Origin: Akkermansiaceae bacterium
Lineage (GTDB): Bacteria; Verrucomicrobiota; Verrucomicrobiia; Verrucomicrobiales; Akkermansiaceae
Length of the DNA stretch: 64,000 nt
Assembly: GCA_051251915.1 (NCBI GenBank)
Contig: JBPOGF010000007.1
Span: 64,001 to 128,000, forward strand
Direction: 5' to 3'
Below are positions 39,251 to 51,687 of this stretch, piece by piece. Numbering within the stretch: position 1 is the first letter of the stretch; every line of letters starts with the position of its first letter. The translations under genes and the position numbers were made by a program. The notes under the pieces were generated by a model, which made no database searches, was not told the origin of the DNA, and saw only the letters and a list, made by a program, of their open reading frames with translations.

Positions 39251-39372
39251 AATGTAAATTGAAATATTTAGTGAGGCTTGGTGTTGGGGGATTTCTATCT
39301 GAAAGATGTTTAGCGTTTTCTGTTGGGTTATTGCCAGCCTATTTTGTTTAATGTGAGCTGAAAATGGGTCAT

Positions 39373-39409
39373 AAAAAAGCCGATCGCAGGATGAGCTGCG
39401 ATCGGCTTT
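39373..39409 (-). terminator. Terminator of the dnaK-groES-groEL operon
   Basis: aaagccgatcgcag-gatgag-ctgcgatcggcttt with an A6 run. Confidence 0.85.
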
Positions 39410-39461
39410 GAGATTTTGGTTGGTTGGGTTGGTTCGGAGATTGGAAATCTCCGGCACTTTG

Positions 39462-41150
<1,689 letters not shown>

Positions 41151-41159
41151 TTATTTGTA

Positions 41160-41444
41160 TTATCCTACGATTCCGAGGATGTCTGATTCTGACATGATGA
41201 GGTGCTCATCACCGTTTACTGAGACGTCTGTGCCGCCGTATTTGGCGATGAGGACTTTGTCGTTTACTTTTACTGAGAATTCGAAATCGCTTCCGTCTTC
41301 GTTCTTTCCGCCAGTTCCGAGAGCAACAACGATTGCTTCGTGTGGTTTCTCTTGAGCTGAGTCAGGGAGAACGATTCCGCCTGCACTTACTTCTTCTGCT
41401 TGTGTTCTTTTGAGAAGAACTCTTTGTCCTAGTGGTGTTATCAT
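41160..41444 (-). CDS. groS: Co-chaperonin GroES
   Basis: PLGQRV, GGIVLPDSAQEKP, KYGGT, ESDILG. Confidence 0.98.
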   Translation of the reverse strand: MITPLGQRVLLKRTQAEEVSAGGIVLPDSAQEKPHEAIVVALGTGGKNEDGSDFEFSVKVNDKVLIAKYGGTDVSVNGDEHLIMSESDILGIVG

Positions 41445-41530
41445 AATTTGGTTAGTTGGTTTGTTATTGGTTTAAAAAGATCCGCCTTATCCGACCGAGC
41501 GGTCAGGTAAGACGGATGAATGAGTTGTTA

Positions 41531-43474
41531 TTATTTGTCGTCTTCGACTACTTCTGCGTCTACGACTTTGCCTTTGGCTTGTTTTGGCTCTTTAGGTGCT
41601 TCGTCAGCTTCTGGTGCTCCGCCCATTCCGCCCATGTCTGGCATTGGGCCGCCTGCTCCGCCTGCGCCTGCTGCTGCAGCGGCTTGTTGGAACTGTTCGA
41701 GCATTGCTTCTAGGTCTGTTTTGGCTGCTTTGATTTTGTCTAGGTCGTCCTCTTTGAGGGCTTCTTTGACGGCGTCGATCTTGCCTTGCATTTCTAGCTT
41801 GAGGTCTTCTGGAGCTTGGTCTCCCATTTCTTCCATTTGTTTCTCTAGCTGGTTGACCATGCTTTCAGCTTCGTTTTTGGTAGTGACTGCTTCTGCGCGT
41901 TTTGCATCTTCTTCTGCATGCTCTTCAGCATCGCGTTTTGCCTTTTCTACTTCTTCGTCTGAGAGACCGCTTGAGCCTTCGATGGAGATCTTCTGTTCTT
42001 TGCCGGACTTCTTGTCCTTGGCTGAGACGTGGAGGATTCCGTTGGCATCGATGTCGAATGTGACTTCGATCTGTGGTTCTCCGCGGCGAGCTGGCTCGAT
42101 GCCGTCTAGGCGGAAGTTTCCGAGGATCTTGTTGTCTTCGAACATTTTGCGCTCACCTTGACAGATGCGGATGTCCACAGCTGGTTGGTTGTCTGCAGCT
42201 GTTGAGAATGTCTGTGACTTCTTGGCTGGGATGGTGGTGTTACGCTCGATCATTGCTGTGGCTACGCTGCCCATGGTCTCGATGGAGAGTGAGAGTGGAG
42301 CTACGTCTAGGAGGAGGACGTCTGTGACGTCACCTGCTAGGACTCCGCCTTGGATGCCTGCGCCGATAGCGACAACTTCGTCTGGGTTTACACCTTGGTT
42401 TGGTGTTTTACCTGCGAGTTCTTTTGCTGTCTCGACGACTTTTGGCATACGTGTCATTCCACCTACGAGGACTAGCTCATCGATCTCTGATGCGCTTACG
42501 CCTGCTTCTCTGAGGCAGTCGATAACTGGCTGCTTGGTGCGGGCGAAGAGTTTGTCAGTAAGTTGCTCAAGCTTGGATCTTGTTAGAGTGATCTGGATGT
42601 GCTTTGGTCCAGTCTCATTCATGGTGATGAATGGGAGTGAGATGTCGTATGATTGAGAAGATGAGAGGGCGATTTTTGCTTTCTCTGCTTCTTCTTTGAT
42701 ACGCTGGAGGGCGTCAGCTTGCTTGCTGAGGTCCATGTCTTCTTGTGACTTGAATTCAGCGACGATGAAGTCGATGAGTGCGTTGTCCCAGTCGTCACCA
42801 CCGAGTTGGGTGTCACCGTCTGTGGCGAGTACTTCGAATACTCCGTCACCGATTTCTAGGACTGAGATGTCGAATGTTCCACCGCCGAGATCGTAAACAG
42901 CGATTTTTTCGTCTGACTTCTTATCGAGTCCGTATGCGAGTGCTGCTGCAGTAGGCTCGTTGATGATGCGGCGAACTTTAAGTCCGGCGATTTCACCAGC
43001 GGCTTTAGTTGCGTTACGCTGTGAGTCATTGAAGTAAGCTGGTACTGTGATGACTGCTTCTGAGATGGTTTCTCCGAGCTTGGTCTCAGCGTCTGCTTTA
43101 AGCTTACCGAGGACCATGGCGGCGATTTCTTGTGGTGAGTAAACTTTTTTCTCACCAGCAACGTCTACTTGGATGTGAGCGTCACCGTTGTCTGCTTTTA
43201 CGATTTCGTATGGGAGACGTTTGTCTTCAGCTGTGAGTTCATCGAACTTGCGACCGATGAGACGTTTTGCTGAGAAGATGGTGTTGGTTGGGTTAGTGAC
43301 AGCCTGGCGTTTTGCAGATTGTCCAACGAGGCGTTCGCCTGATTTGGTGAATGCTACTACGGATGGTGTGGTGCGTGCGCCTTCTGAGTTTTCGAGAACT
43401 GTTGCTTCACCGCCGTCCATGACAGCCATGCATGAGTTTGTGGTTCCTAAGTCGATTCCTAATATTTTAGCCAT
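41531..43474 (-). CDS. dnaK: Molecular chaperone DnaK
   Basis: [36 protein letters not shown] tail. Confidence 0.99.
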   Translation of the reverse strand: MAKILGIDLGTTNSCMAVMDGGEATVLENSEGARTTPSVVAFTKSGERLVGQSAKRQAVTNPTNTIFSAKRLIGRKFDELTAEDKRLPYEIVKADNGDAHIQVDVAGEKKVYSPQEIAAMVLGKLKADAETKLGETISEAVITVPAYFNDSQRNATKAAGEIAGLKVRRIINEPTAAALAYGLDKKSDEKIAVYDLGGGTFDISVLEIGDGVFEVLATDGDTQLGGDDWDNALIDFIVAEFKSQEDMDLSKQADALQRIKEEAEKAKIALSSSQSYDISLPFITMNETGPKHIQITLTRSKLEQLTDKLFARTKQPVIDCLREAGVSASEIDELVLVGGMTRMPKVVETAKELAGKTPNQGVNPDEVVAIGAGIQGGVLAGDVTDVLLLDVAPLSLSIETMGSVATAMIERNTTIPAKKSQTFSTAADNQPAVDIRICQGERKMFEDNKILGNFRLDGIEPARRGEPQIEVTFDIDANGILHVSAKDKKSGKEQKISIEGSSGLSDEEVEKAKRDAEEHAEEDAKRAEAVTTKNEAESMVNQLEKQMEEMGDQAPEDLKLEMQGKIDAVKEALKEDDLDKIKAAKTDLEAMLEQFQQAAAAAGAGGAGGPMPDMGGMGGAPEADEAPKEPKQAKGKVVDAEVVEDDK

Positions 43475-43532
43475 AATTTTTTAATGTGTTGTTTCTTTGT
43501 TTGTGATTGAATTGTTATCTATAGTGCTTCTA

Positions 43533-43550
43533 TTGCAGACGGTGTGCCAA
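43533..43550 (-). promoter_or_regulatory. Sigma-54 (-24/-12) promoter upstream of dnaK
   Basis: TTGGCACACCGTCTGCAA on -: GG-N10-GC with TGGCAC. Confidence 0.75.
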
Positions 43551-43613
43551 GGTTGTGTTTGTGCTTATAGTGAGTGACTTATGGTTTTCGTTTTGCGTGG
43601 GTTGGCTGAGTGA

Positions 43614-43650
43614 GGGACAAAGTGTCGCGGATGGGTGGGACATTTTGTAG
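43614..43650. promoter_or_regulatory. Candidate enhancer-binding-protein sites upstream of the dnaK sigma-54 promoter
   Basis: GGGACAAAGTGTC and GGGACATTTTGTA, 23 bp apart; GACA-N3-TGTC dyad. Confidence 0.5.
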
Positions 43651-43756
43651 CAGGTGGACAGAACGGCCATGCTGGTGCTGGTGGTTGGGGATCTGTCTTA
43701 GCTCAGAGACGCAAGGGTCCTGTGAGCGGGGAGGGGAGGAGGGAGAGATTGGGAGG

Positions 43757-44647
43757 CTAGTTTGTGTGGGGAGCGTTTCCGAGCATATGAGATTTTACTG
43801 TTTCTGTGATTTCGGAGATCAGTTCTGGTTTGCTCTTGAGTGGGGTGACTAGGCTTACGATTAAATTAAAGTTAGCAAAGTTCTCGATGTCTGTGAATTC
43901 TACGATGTTGTTATACTGTTCTGCCCATTTTGAGGCAGGCCCTGGTAGGACGGCCATTACTTTAGGGCACATAGTAGAGACTATAATTTGATCGTATCTG
44001 TTTAGTTCATGTATGATTTTAGTGCTAAGTCCTGCTTCATCGGCTGATTGGCTGATGAGCATTTGGCGGATGCCTACTAATAGGGATTCAGTAGGAACCA
44101 GTAGCTCACAATGGCTATTTTTAGCCTCAAAAAGCTGGCAGTTTGGTGTCTTGGCTGAGCACATACCTTGGATCTTCATGATTTCAGTCACTTTGAAGCC
44201 AGGTTTAGCGAAATTACTACAAAAATGGAAAACTACGGTTGCGTCGTATAGACGGTTGAATGCACGTATTCTCTCAGGAGTGCGTACTATAAAACGAGGA
44301 TCACTGATTAAGGCAGCTCTGAGGGAGCTGGTCCAAGGCGTGTGTGGTATGCAAATGTGGGCATGATCAGATTCTAGGCTAACTGCTATGTTGTCTGCAA
44401 CGTCGGATATGTGATTGTATCCGTCTAGTAGTCTGGCGACTTGAGGGGCGAGTAATGACCCATTTTTGTTGAGTTCTATATAACCTTTACTGCGGTTAAA
44501 AAGTTCGGTATCTAGATCTTTTTCTATTTTTTGAAGCGCGGCGGTAAGGGCGGGTTGAGATACTCCTAAGTTGCTGGCTGAGACGGAGACATTGCCTGTT
44601 TTTGAAAACTGGTGAAAGTATTGAAGCTGTTTGATCGTTAGATTCAT
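43757..44647 (-). CDS. LysR family transcriptional regulator (divergent effector domain)
   Basis: LQYF...GNVSVSASNLGVSQPALTAALQKIEKDLDTELFNR winged HTH. Confidence 0.85.
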   Translation of the reverse strand: MNLTIKQLQYFHQFSKTGNVSVSASNLGVSQPALTAALQKIEKDLDTELFNRSKGYIELNKNGSLLAPQVARLLDGYNHISDVADNIAVSLESDHAHICIPHTPWTSSLRAALISDPRFIVRTPERIRAFNRLYDATVVFHFCSNFAKPGFKVTEIMKIQGMCSAKTPNCQLFEAKNSHCELLVPTESLLVGIRQMLISQSADEAGLSTKIIHELNRYDQIIVSTMCPKVMAVLPGPASKWAEQYNNIVEFTDIENFANFNLIVSLVTPLKSKPELISEITETVKSHMLGNAPHTN

Positions 44648-45636
44648 ACGTTAGGTTCAGTGCTAGGATTTGAGTCTTGATTTATATTCTTGGTTGTTTT
44701 TGAGGCTACTTGAGGAGAGAAATCGAAATCGTTATAGATGCTAGTAATTAGGTAGATAGAGATATTAATTTCCTTTTCGAAGGGGGTAGCCGTGATTTCT
44801 GGAGGTATGATTTTAGGGTTTAAAAGAAGTGATGGGTATATTCCTTTTCCTGCTCTAACTAGCTGAAGAGCCTCGCATGTGTTAGCTACTTCTATGTAGT
44901 TAATTTTTTGTTCTGGGAACAAAGCTAGCTCGGATAATGTCTGTATTGAAGCGGGGTCTGCGGGGATAGGGGACTGCAAGATCACATTGACGTGTGAGTC
45001 TGTAGGTGACCATGGTTGATCTTTGAGATGGTAGTAAAGTAATGGTTCTTTGTAGAGTAATTGATGGTTAAATTCTTCATTATCGATTTGCTGAGGGCTA
45101 ATAAGTCCGTCGATTTCTTTTTTTATTAAGCTATCGAGGCTGGAGCCTGCGTGACAGTTGAAATCAAACTCAGCATGTCTATCGGCTAAATATTGCCAGA
45201 GAGTCTGAGTGAATGCGATGCATGGGATAATCCCAACTTCTAGATTATTATTAACACTTTGAATGTTATTCATGCACTCACTGAGTCTGCTTAAGGAGCG
45301 GTGGAATTCCCCAAATGACTGGAGCCAAGACTTTGCTTTTGAGGTGAGCATTAATGATTCCCCTGGGAGTTTTTCTACAAGTATGAAGCCTACAGATTTA
45401 TTTAGGTTACTTATAGTGCGGCGGAGGTGAGATTCACTGATGCCTATATGGAACGCTGCTTCAGTATAAGTTTCAGCGTTGGCTAGTTCAAGTAATCTGC
45501 TTAAGTCGCTAATTTCTATGTGTTGTTTTAGTTTGTTTTGGACAGATGCTGTAGGTGACTTGTTGTGGCTGCCAAGCATCGAATCTAGAATGTGATTTGA
45601 TGGTGGAGGAGTAGGTGAAATCGGTGATTGATCCAT
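44644..45636 (-). CDS. LysR family transcriptional regulator (divergent)
   Basis: TYTEAAFHIGISESHLRRTISNLNKSVG HTH; LQLVRAGKGI near the C-terminus. Confidence 0.75.
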   Translation of the reverse strand: MDQSPISPTPPPSNHILDSMLGSHNKSPTASVQNKLKQHIEISDLSRLLELANAETYTEAAFHIGISESHLRRTISNLNKSVGFILVEKLPGESLMLTSKAKSWLQSFGEFHRSLSRLSECMNNIQSVNNNLEVGIIPCIAFTQTLWQYLADRHAEFDFNCHAGSSLDSLIKKEIDGLISPQQIDNEEFNHQLLYKEPLLYYHLKDQPWSPTDSHVNVILQSPIPADPASIQTLSELALFPEQKINYIEVANTCEALQLVRAGKGIYPSLLLNPKIIPPEITATPFEKEINISIYLITSIYNDFDFSPQVASKTTKNINQDSNPSTEPNV

Positions 45637-46199
45637 GCTTAGAAGATATTTTGTAGTATATTTTTTGTAGAGTTAGTTATTTTTATCTGTTGTGAGGCGG
45701 TGCTTATTGATCTGATGAATTTTAATGGATATTAACATTAGATAGCCTTGGTTCAATTTATTTCTGGTTAATAATGCCATTTGGTGTGCTGTGGTTATGA
45801 CACCATAAGTGGTGAGCGTGTCTACTGTGTTATGGTTGGATAATTTGGGTGTGTGTTGTTGATGTTTTTGTATTATCAATACAATGCTTAGCGCTGTGTA
45901 TTATTTATAAATAATTAACGCTTAGGTCTTTCATTTATAATTTATTATAATTTAATATTTGATGATGTTGATAATGTTGAAATGGTAAACGCTGTAGTTA
46001 TTATGATATAATTTTTGAGTCGTTTCTAAGTGTTATAGTTGGATAAGTGATATGTAGTTTGTTAATGTTTTTAAGTTATTAGTATAATGTGTGGTTATTA
46101 GAATGGATGCGTTAGTTAGTTTTAGTTTATGATGTTTATTGATGTGGAGGATATTCAGATAGATTCCTTCTCTAAATCGTAAACCATTAAATTAATAAA

Positions 46200-46946
46200 A
46201 TGAAAATGAAAACTATGTGTGTGTCGTTGGCTTCTGCAGCTATGTTTGTTTCACAAGCATCTGCTCAGGTTGTGATTGAGAATGTGTTTGACTATACTGG
46301 AGGAGGTTCTGCGCCTGATGCGGTGGAAGCATCAGCTGTAGTTGGACTCGCTGTTACAGAAACAGGGAATCTAGGAGACGGATGGGATACAACGGTCAGC
46401 ATCCCTATTACTGTAAACTACTCACTTAGTGCCGATATGCCGGGCTCAGGTACTTACACTATTGAAGGTGATGTAAGAGCTCTAGGTACTGCTGTTGCTG
46501 GGTCCGTTACAAGCACTAGAGTATTTGATGATGTGCAGTTGGCGGCAGGTAGAGTTTATGAATTAACTCTAGGAGTTGGAAACTCAGCGTTCGTCAGTTT
46601 GCTCGGTAGTACTAGTATCAGCTTAGGGGTTAGAGACGGTGTTTCTGGTATTGTTAGTGATCTCGGTATTGTCACTGATGGCCATGGTCTACTAGGTGCT
46701 GTTGATTTACTCGGCTTGTTTGGGACTGGTGATTCTACTACTACAGTGAACTTTGATGGCGTTGCTTTTGATACTGGTGATGACTTGGTTGTCACACTTC
46801 AGACAGGTACGCTGGCTAGTGTGAACGATTTTGTAGTGAGCTTCAATGAGTTATCTATCGTTGATGTAACGCCGGTTCCGGAGCCTTCATCAGTAGCTCT
46901 ATTGGGGCTTGGTGGAATAGCTTTGATCTTACGTCGTCGTAAGTAA
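46200..46946 (+). CDS. PEP-CTERM sorting domain protein
   Basis: Signal peptide; tail VPEPSSVALLGLGGIALILRRRK. Confidence 0.93.
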   Translation: MKMKTMCVSLASAAMFVSQASAQVVIENVFDYTGGGSAPDAVEASAVVGLAVTETGNLGDGWDTTVSIPITVNYSLSADMPGSGTYTIEGDVRALGTAVAGSVTSTRVFDDVQLAAGRVYELTLGVGNSAFVSLLGSTSISLGVRDGVSGIVSDLGIVTDGHGLLGAVDLLGLFGTGDSTTTVNFDGVAFDTGDDLVVTLQTGTLASVNDFVVSFNELSIVDVTPVPEPSSVALLGLGGIALILRRRK

Positions 46947-46986
46947 GCAACTTATTTGTAAGTAAAGAGAGATAGTATTGTTCGTA

Positions 46987-47020
46987 GAGGCTACAGTGAA
47001 AACTGTAGCCTCGTTCGTTT
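46987..47020 (+). terminator. Terminator hairpin after the PEP-CTERM gene
   Basis: gaggctacagt-gaaa-actgtagcctc followed by gttcgttt. Confidence 0.75.
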
Positions 47021-47101
47021 ATTGTAAGGGAGCTGTGGGATATAAGCTGTGGGGTTATAGTCTAGGCTTGATCATTGTGTTTTTTTGGAGAGAGTGTGGG
47101 G

Positions 47102-47800
47102 ATGAAACCTTATGAAGATCTCGGTGAGTCTAGAATAGATAGTGGGACGTTGTTTTCGCTTCATAAACGTGATGGGGAATTCTTTCTGAAGTATAATGGG
47201 AATGACTTGATGAGTACGGCTTATACTTTTTCTGAGGAGATGCTGGCGGATGTGGGGTGTAAGACTATATTGGTGGATAAGGCTACGCGGCCGGCTCATC
47301 CGAAGGTGTTGATAGGTGGGTTGGGGCTTGGGTTTACTTTGAAGCGCACTTTGCAGCTGGTGGGGAAGCCTGCTACGGTGGAGGTGGCTGAGCTGATGCC
47401 GCCATTGATAGAGTGGAATAGGACGTTTTTGGTGGAGTGTAATGGTGCGCTGTTAGATGATCCGAGGACGGTGATTACGCAGGGGGATTTGTTTGATATT
47501 ATTTGTAGTAAGCAGAGTGGGAGTTATGATGTGTTGTTGTTGGATATTGATAATACTCCGGATGATTTGATCACGGGTGGGAATAATCGGTTGTATACGC
47601 CGGAGTTCCTGAAGAAGATTCAGCAGATTTTGAGACCTGGGGGTAAGGTTTCCTATTGGTTGTCTGAGCCTGCTCCGAAGTTTAAGAAGTTGTTAGAGAA
47701 GGTGGGGTTTGAGGTGGTGGCGCATGCGGCGAAGGCACATGAGAGGTCGAAGCGGGCGCGGCACTGCATTTATGTATGTAGTGTGAAGGCACGTAAATGA
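47102..47800 (+). CDS. SAM-dependent methyltransferase, spermidine synthase-like
   Basis: LIGGLGLGFT, VAEL, LLDIDN, LRPGG; start moved to MKPY. Confidence 0.85.
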   Translation: MKPYEDLGESRIDSGTLFSLHKRDGEFFLKYNGNDLMSTAYTFSEEMLADVGCKTILVDKATRPAHPKVLIGGLGLGFTLKRTLQLVGKPATVEVAELMPPLIEWNRTFLVECNGALLDDPRTVITQGDLFDIICSKQSGSYDVLLLDIDNTPDDLITGGNNRLYTPEFLKKIQQILRPGGKVSYWLSEPAPKFKKLLEKVGFEVVAHAAKAHERSKRARHCIYVCSVKARK

Positions 47801-47848
47801 GATGATTTTTCTCTTGGTGAGGTGAGGTTTAGGGATTTAACTCTCGGT

Positions 47849-48643
47849 ATGAATAAACTGAGATTAGGTCTGTTAGTTACGGTTAGTTTGGTTAGTGGGT
47901 TTGGACTTCAAGGGTGTGCTGATGGTGGTGCGACTGGGGTGCCTGCGGTGAGCCGTTCTACAAAGGTAGCGGACATGCCGGTGGCGTATGATGATCCGGG
48001 GATTTTTAAGAAATATGATTCGCTGGGGGATAGTGTGATGAATACTACGTGGACGCGGAAGTTTGATGCGTCTGGGATTTCATTTAATGATAAGCGGACT
48101 TGTACGTTGGTGACGCAGCAGCATGTGGTGATGGCGTCTCATTATAAGCGGCCGGTTCCTAGTTCGGTGGTGTTTCATGATAGGAATGGTAAGCGCATAG
48201 AACGTGTGCTGGTGTCTGCTAGGAATGTGCATGGTGACTGTGCTGTGGGTTTGCTGAATGAGCCGGTGCCTGCTGGGTATAAGGTTTATCCATTACTTGC
48301 TCCTGCGGAGGGGCTGGAGGAGAGGTTAAAGGGGGAGTTTGTGTTGGTTACGGATCAGAATAAGAGGGTGTTTGTGCATGAGGTGGCTAGGATTGTAAGT
48401 GACAAAATGTTTCTGCGTTATGATCCTGAGAAGAAGTTGGGGTATGGTAAGATGTTAGTGTCGGGTGATAGTGGGAATCCGTCATTTATCATGGTGAATG
48501 GTGAGCCTGTGTTGGTTGAGACGCATCTTTCTGGTGGTGCTGGTGCTGGGCCATTTTATGGTAGTGCGGTGTTGATAGAGAAGCTGAAGGCAACGATCTC
48601 AGCACTGGGTGGTGCTGGATCGGTTAGGGTGGTGAGGTTTTAG
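47849..48643 (+). CDS. Lipoprotein with a trypsin-like serine protease fold
   Basis: Lipobox LQGC; putative triad VMASHY / GDCAVG / GDSGNP. Confidence 0.7.
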   Translation: MNKLRLGLLVTVSLVSGFGLQGCADGGATGVPAVSRSTKVADMPVAYDDPGIFKKYDSLGDSVMNTTWTRKFDASGISFNDKRTCTLVTQQHVVMASHYKRPVPSSVVFHDRNGKRIERVLVSARNVHGDCAVGLLNEPVPAGYKVYPLLAPAEGLEERLKGEFVLVTDQNKRVFVHEVARIVSDKMFLRYDPEKKLGYGKMLVSGDSGNPSFIMVNGEPVLVETHLSGGAGAGPFYGSAVLIEKLKATISALGGAGSVRVVRF

Positions 48644-48669
48644 CTGGTTTTTTAGGGTATGCGAGCCAG

Positions 48670-48732
48670 GGTTGTTCAATCGTTTTGTGTGCATGGGGCA
48701 CGTCAGAGGTCATTGGTTGATTGGTCATTGGT
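48670..48732 (+). repeat. REP-like dispersed repeat, copy C
   Basis: ggttgttcaatcgttttgtgtgcatggGGCACgtcagaggtcattggttgattggtcattggt. Confidence 0.7.
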
Positions 48733-48782
48733 GTTTGGGTTGATGGTGTTTGGGTTGATGGGGGATGAGCTTCTGTGTGGTG

Positions 48783-49319
48783 TTATTTTTTGGTTGCGAT
48801 TTTTGGTAAGAGTTTGAGGTAGTTGTGCTCGGACTTTTCTACCCATTTGTCATTTTGTTTGATGAGGGTTTTGTTAGATTCTGTTAGGTGTTTGATGTTG
48901 AGGTAAATGGTGGCATCTTCTGAGGGGTTTAGTTTTTGTTGCTCGGTAGAGACTTTTAGGGATTCCTCTTTTGTTAGGAATTGTTTTCTTTTTGGTTGAT
49001 GGACTAGGATGTTGAAAAACCTGGCGTTTTCTTTGTCTGATTTAGTCTGGCTGGAGTGAGTTTCTACTAGGTGGTAGACATTGGGTGGTCTTGGTCCCAC
49101 TCTTGAGAATCTGTTAGAGCGCTGGGACTGTTGTCTGAGTGGCTCTAGGATTTCGTGGGTTATGGTTGTGATGGCTTGGTCTTCTGTTAGTTTTTCTTTG
49201 GTGGGAGTTTTTGTGTTGGTTATTGGTGAGTCAGACTTTGCGATGATGAGTTCGTGACAGAGGGCTCCTGTGGCTAGGAGTATGCTGGTGCAGGCTATGG
49301 TTGGTATTATTTTTTTCAT
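48783..49319 (-). CDS. Hypothetical secreted protein
   Basis: Signal peptide; translationally coupled to the upstream gene; RFSR motif. Confidence 0.65.
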   Translation of the reverse strand: MKKIIPTIACTSILLATGALCHELIIAKSDSPITNTKTPTKEKLTEDQAITTITHEILEPLRQQSQRSNRFSRVGPRPPNVYHLVETHSSQTKSDKENARFFNILVHQPKRKQFLTKEESLKVSTEQQKLNPSEDATIYLNIKHLTESNKTLIKQNDKWVEKSEHNYLKLLPKIATKK

Positions 49320-50008
49320 GTTATGTGGTTTGGTTGTTTAGTTTGTGGTTTGTTTTTAGGTTTAGTTGATTTGTAGAGGTAGTATTCTGCTAAGATAAGG
49401 TTGATGATGATGCTGAGCCAGAGAGAGAGTTGGTAGTTGGTTTCGGGTGTGACTTCTATCGATGCGAAGCCTAGTTGGAGGGTGCGAAAGGTGATGGCGG
49501 TGGTGACTAGGGCGAAGGATCTGGTGATCCAAGCTTGGTGGGATTTGATGTTGCGCTTGAAGATGGCGATCATGCCTAGGAGTAGGGTGATGAGGGTGGC
49601 TATGGAGAGGAAGAGGAAACCGATCATGCCAGATGTGCCGCCTTTGGCTACGGTGCTGAGAGCAACGCCTGTGGGGAAGATGAGGGTGATGATGCTGAGG
49701 GCGTAGATGTGGCCGAGGTACTTGTGGATGCGTGGTGCGCGGGTGAGGAGGAGTTTAGAATACTGGAGTAGGCTGGAGGTGAGGCAGATGAGCCCGCCGA
49801 TGACGTGGGCGTAGAGGGTGTAGCGCCACCAGTCTTGGATGGTGAGTTCCATGCGCTCGAAGAGGAAGCTGTGCATGGTGTTTGGGAGGAAGTAGTCTAG
49901 GCTATTCCATAGGATGATGCCGGTGCCTATGTAGAGGATGCTCCAGAAGAGAGAGGTCTCGATAGAGGTAAGTTTTTTGCTGTGTAAAATTTGAGGTAAA
50001 TGGGACAC
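49316..50008 (-). CDS. DUF2306-like membrane protein
   Basis: HVIGG, HKYLGHIY, H-x2-W-x2-RSFAL; 6 TMs. Confidence 0.8.
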   Translation of the reverse strand: MSHLPQILHSKKLTSIETSLFWSILYIGTGIILWNSLDYFLPNTMHSFLFERMELTIQDWWRYTLYAHVIGGLICLTSSLLQYSKLLLTRAPRIHKYLGHIYALSIITLIFPTGVALSTVAKGGTSGMIGFLFLSIATLITLLLGMIAIFKRNIKSHQAWITRSFALVTTAITFRTLQLGFASIEVTPETNYQLSLWLSIIINLILAEYYLYKSTKPKNKPQTKQPNHIT

Positions 50009-50157
50009 GGTATGAAAAGATATATCACAGGATGAGAAGGTGGATTGTAAATGCTAGGTAAATAATGTGGTGATACGACTGTCGTTTAACAGCAACACAT
50101 TTGCTCGTTTATCGGATCAACTGATTGTGATAGATGGGATAGTGGTAATCCGTAATT

Positions 50158-51099
50158 ATGAGAATGATGATGAATGTTTTTAAACTAGGAATTTGTGTAT
50201 TTGCTTCGAGCTCTTTGTTGTGGGCTACACCTGATCGTGTCGTTGAGGTGACTGAAAGGGTGATAGGGGCGAATAGGGAACATTATGCGGTGCTACGGAC
50301 TGAGGTGGATAATCATGGGAGTTATTATATTTCTCAGAAGAAGCAGTATCTGGATGTTTATGAGAAGAAAGCTGAGGATCCGAGTCCATTGGTGGGGGCG
50401 TTATTGACTAAGCTGGCAGATAGTGTGTTGCTGTTAGATGTGACTTCTACTTATGATGCTGGAATGGACTATGCTGATCCTGGAGCTCACTCGGAGAAGG
50501 TGGAGTCAAGAAATGTGAATATTTCTATGGCTGATCTTCTTTTGAGGTATCCGCATCTTCCGACTGCTTTAGATAAAAGGGTGGAAGATGGAGTAGTGGC
50601 TAAAAGCAGGGTGGATGTGCCTGCTCTGGGTTTTATATGGGGAGGCTGGGTTAAGGAGAAATTATCACATGATAGGAATTCGAATATAAAATGGAGAAGG
50701 GATGGGATTACTCAGGATATGAATTGTTTTTACATGTCTGTCTCTTATGAGCATGAGCAACGGATTGTTTGTATTCCTCCGAAGGTGGTGGAAATGACTT
50801 ATGAAAGGTTGGATTTAGAGCCTGTTTGTATAGTTGCGGGTAAATTTGAGACGAAGGATGAGGCGTTTGAGATGGTAAAAGCTATTGGGGAGAGGGGGAA
50901 GGTTAAGGTTAATAATAAGTTCACTCCTGAGGTGTGGTACGAGCATCAGAGAACTGATAAAATACTTTATGTGGTGATGGTGAAGAACTCAGGCAGGATT
51001 TTTAAGAGGGGGAGCTTTTTGGAGTTAAAGGAGGATTTTGGTATCGATTTTTCGGTGGAGAGTAGCGGGAGGTTTCAATATAAGGTAGAAGAGGAGTGA
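50158..51099 (+). CDS. Hypothetical secreted protein
   Basis: Long ORF with signal peptide and + strand codon bias. Confidence 0.65.
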   Translation: MRMMMNVFKLGICVFASSSLLWATPDRVVEVTERVIGANREHYAVLRTEVDNHGSYYISQKKQYLDVYEKKAEDPSPLVGALLTKLADSVLLLDVTSTYDAGMDYADPGAHSEKVESRNVNISMADLLLRYPHLPTALDKRVEDGVVAKSRVDVPALGFIWGGWVKEKLSHDRNSNIKWRRDGITQDMNCFYMSVSYEHEQRIVCIPPKVVEMTYERLDLEPVCIVAGKFETKDEAFEMVKAIGERGKVKVNNKFTPEVWYEHQRTDKILYVVMVKNSGRIFKRGSFLELKEDFGIDFSVESSGRFQYKVEEE

Positions 51100-51114
51100 G
51101 TTTTGGATGTTGAA

Positions 51115-51603
51115 TTATTTCCTTAGGTAGAGTTCTGCGCAGGCTTTGGCGTCTGAGAGGGCTTGGTGGTGTTGTAGTTCTATGCCTAGGACTTCACAGC
51201 AGGCGTTGAGGTTGCAGGGTTTGAAGCCTTTTTTGCGGTAGATCTGGACGGTGCATTGCCATTTGTCGTGGATTTCTAATGAGTTGTAGTCTAGTGCGGC
51301 GGTGTCCATGCAGGCGCGGAGGACGCCTCGGTCGAAGGGGGCATTGTGGGCGACTACGGTTTGTCCTTGTAGTCTGCGCTGAAATTCTGGGTAGAGTTCG
51401 GCAAAGGTGAGGGCGGAGATTGTGTCTGCAGGCTTGATGCCGTGGACTCTGATGCAGCCCCAGTGGTAGGCATTTCTTGGGGGTTTGATGAGGGTGTAGT
51501 AGGTGTCTGTGATGATGCCGTCTTTGACTGTGACTATGCCAACTGCGCAGGCACTGTTTCTTGCTCCGTTGGCGGTTTCAAAATCGATGGCGACAAAATT
51601 CAT
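51115..51603 (-). CDS. DEDDh 3'-5' exonuclease (DnaQ-like)
   Basis: IDFETA, VAHNAPFD, HHQALSDA. Confidence 0.92.
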   Translation of the reverse strand: MNFVAIDFETANGARNSACAVGIVTVKDGIITDTYYTLIKPPRNAYHWGCIRVHGIKPADTISALTFAELYPEFQRRLQGQTVVAHNAPFDRGVLRACMDTAALDYNSLEIHDKWQCTVQIYRKKGFKPCNLNACCEVLGIELQHHQALSDAKACAELYLRK

Positions 51604-51687
51604 AGGGTAGTTAGGTTAGTCTGTTAGAATCTGGGAGTTCAATTATTAAATTCTGATGTTGTAAGTAGAGCGATCAAGTTAGGGATA

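Noticed and set aside
39251..39457. 69-aa N-terminal extension of aminopeptidase P in the ORF track
   Set aside because: Runs through the groEL terminator; the recognisable protein begins at MQTNQK (39250).
45673..45879. 68-aa ORF upstream of the LysR pair
   Set aside because: Non-ATG start in an AT-rich spacer with no motif; cannot be supported.
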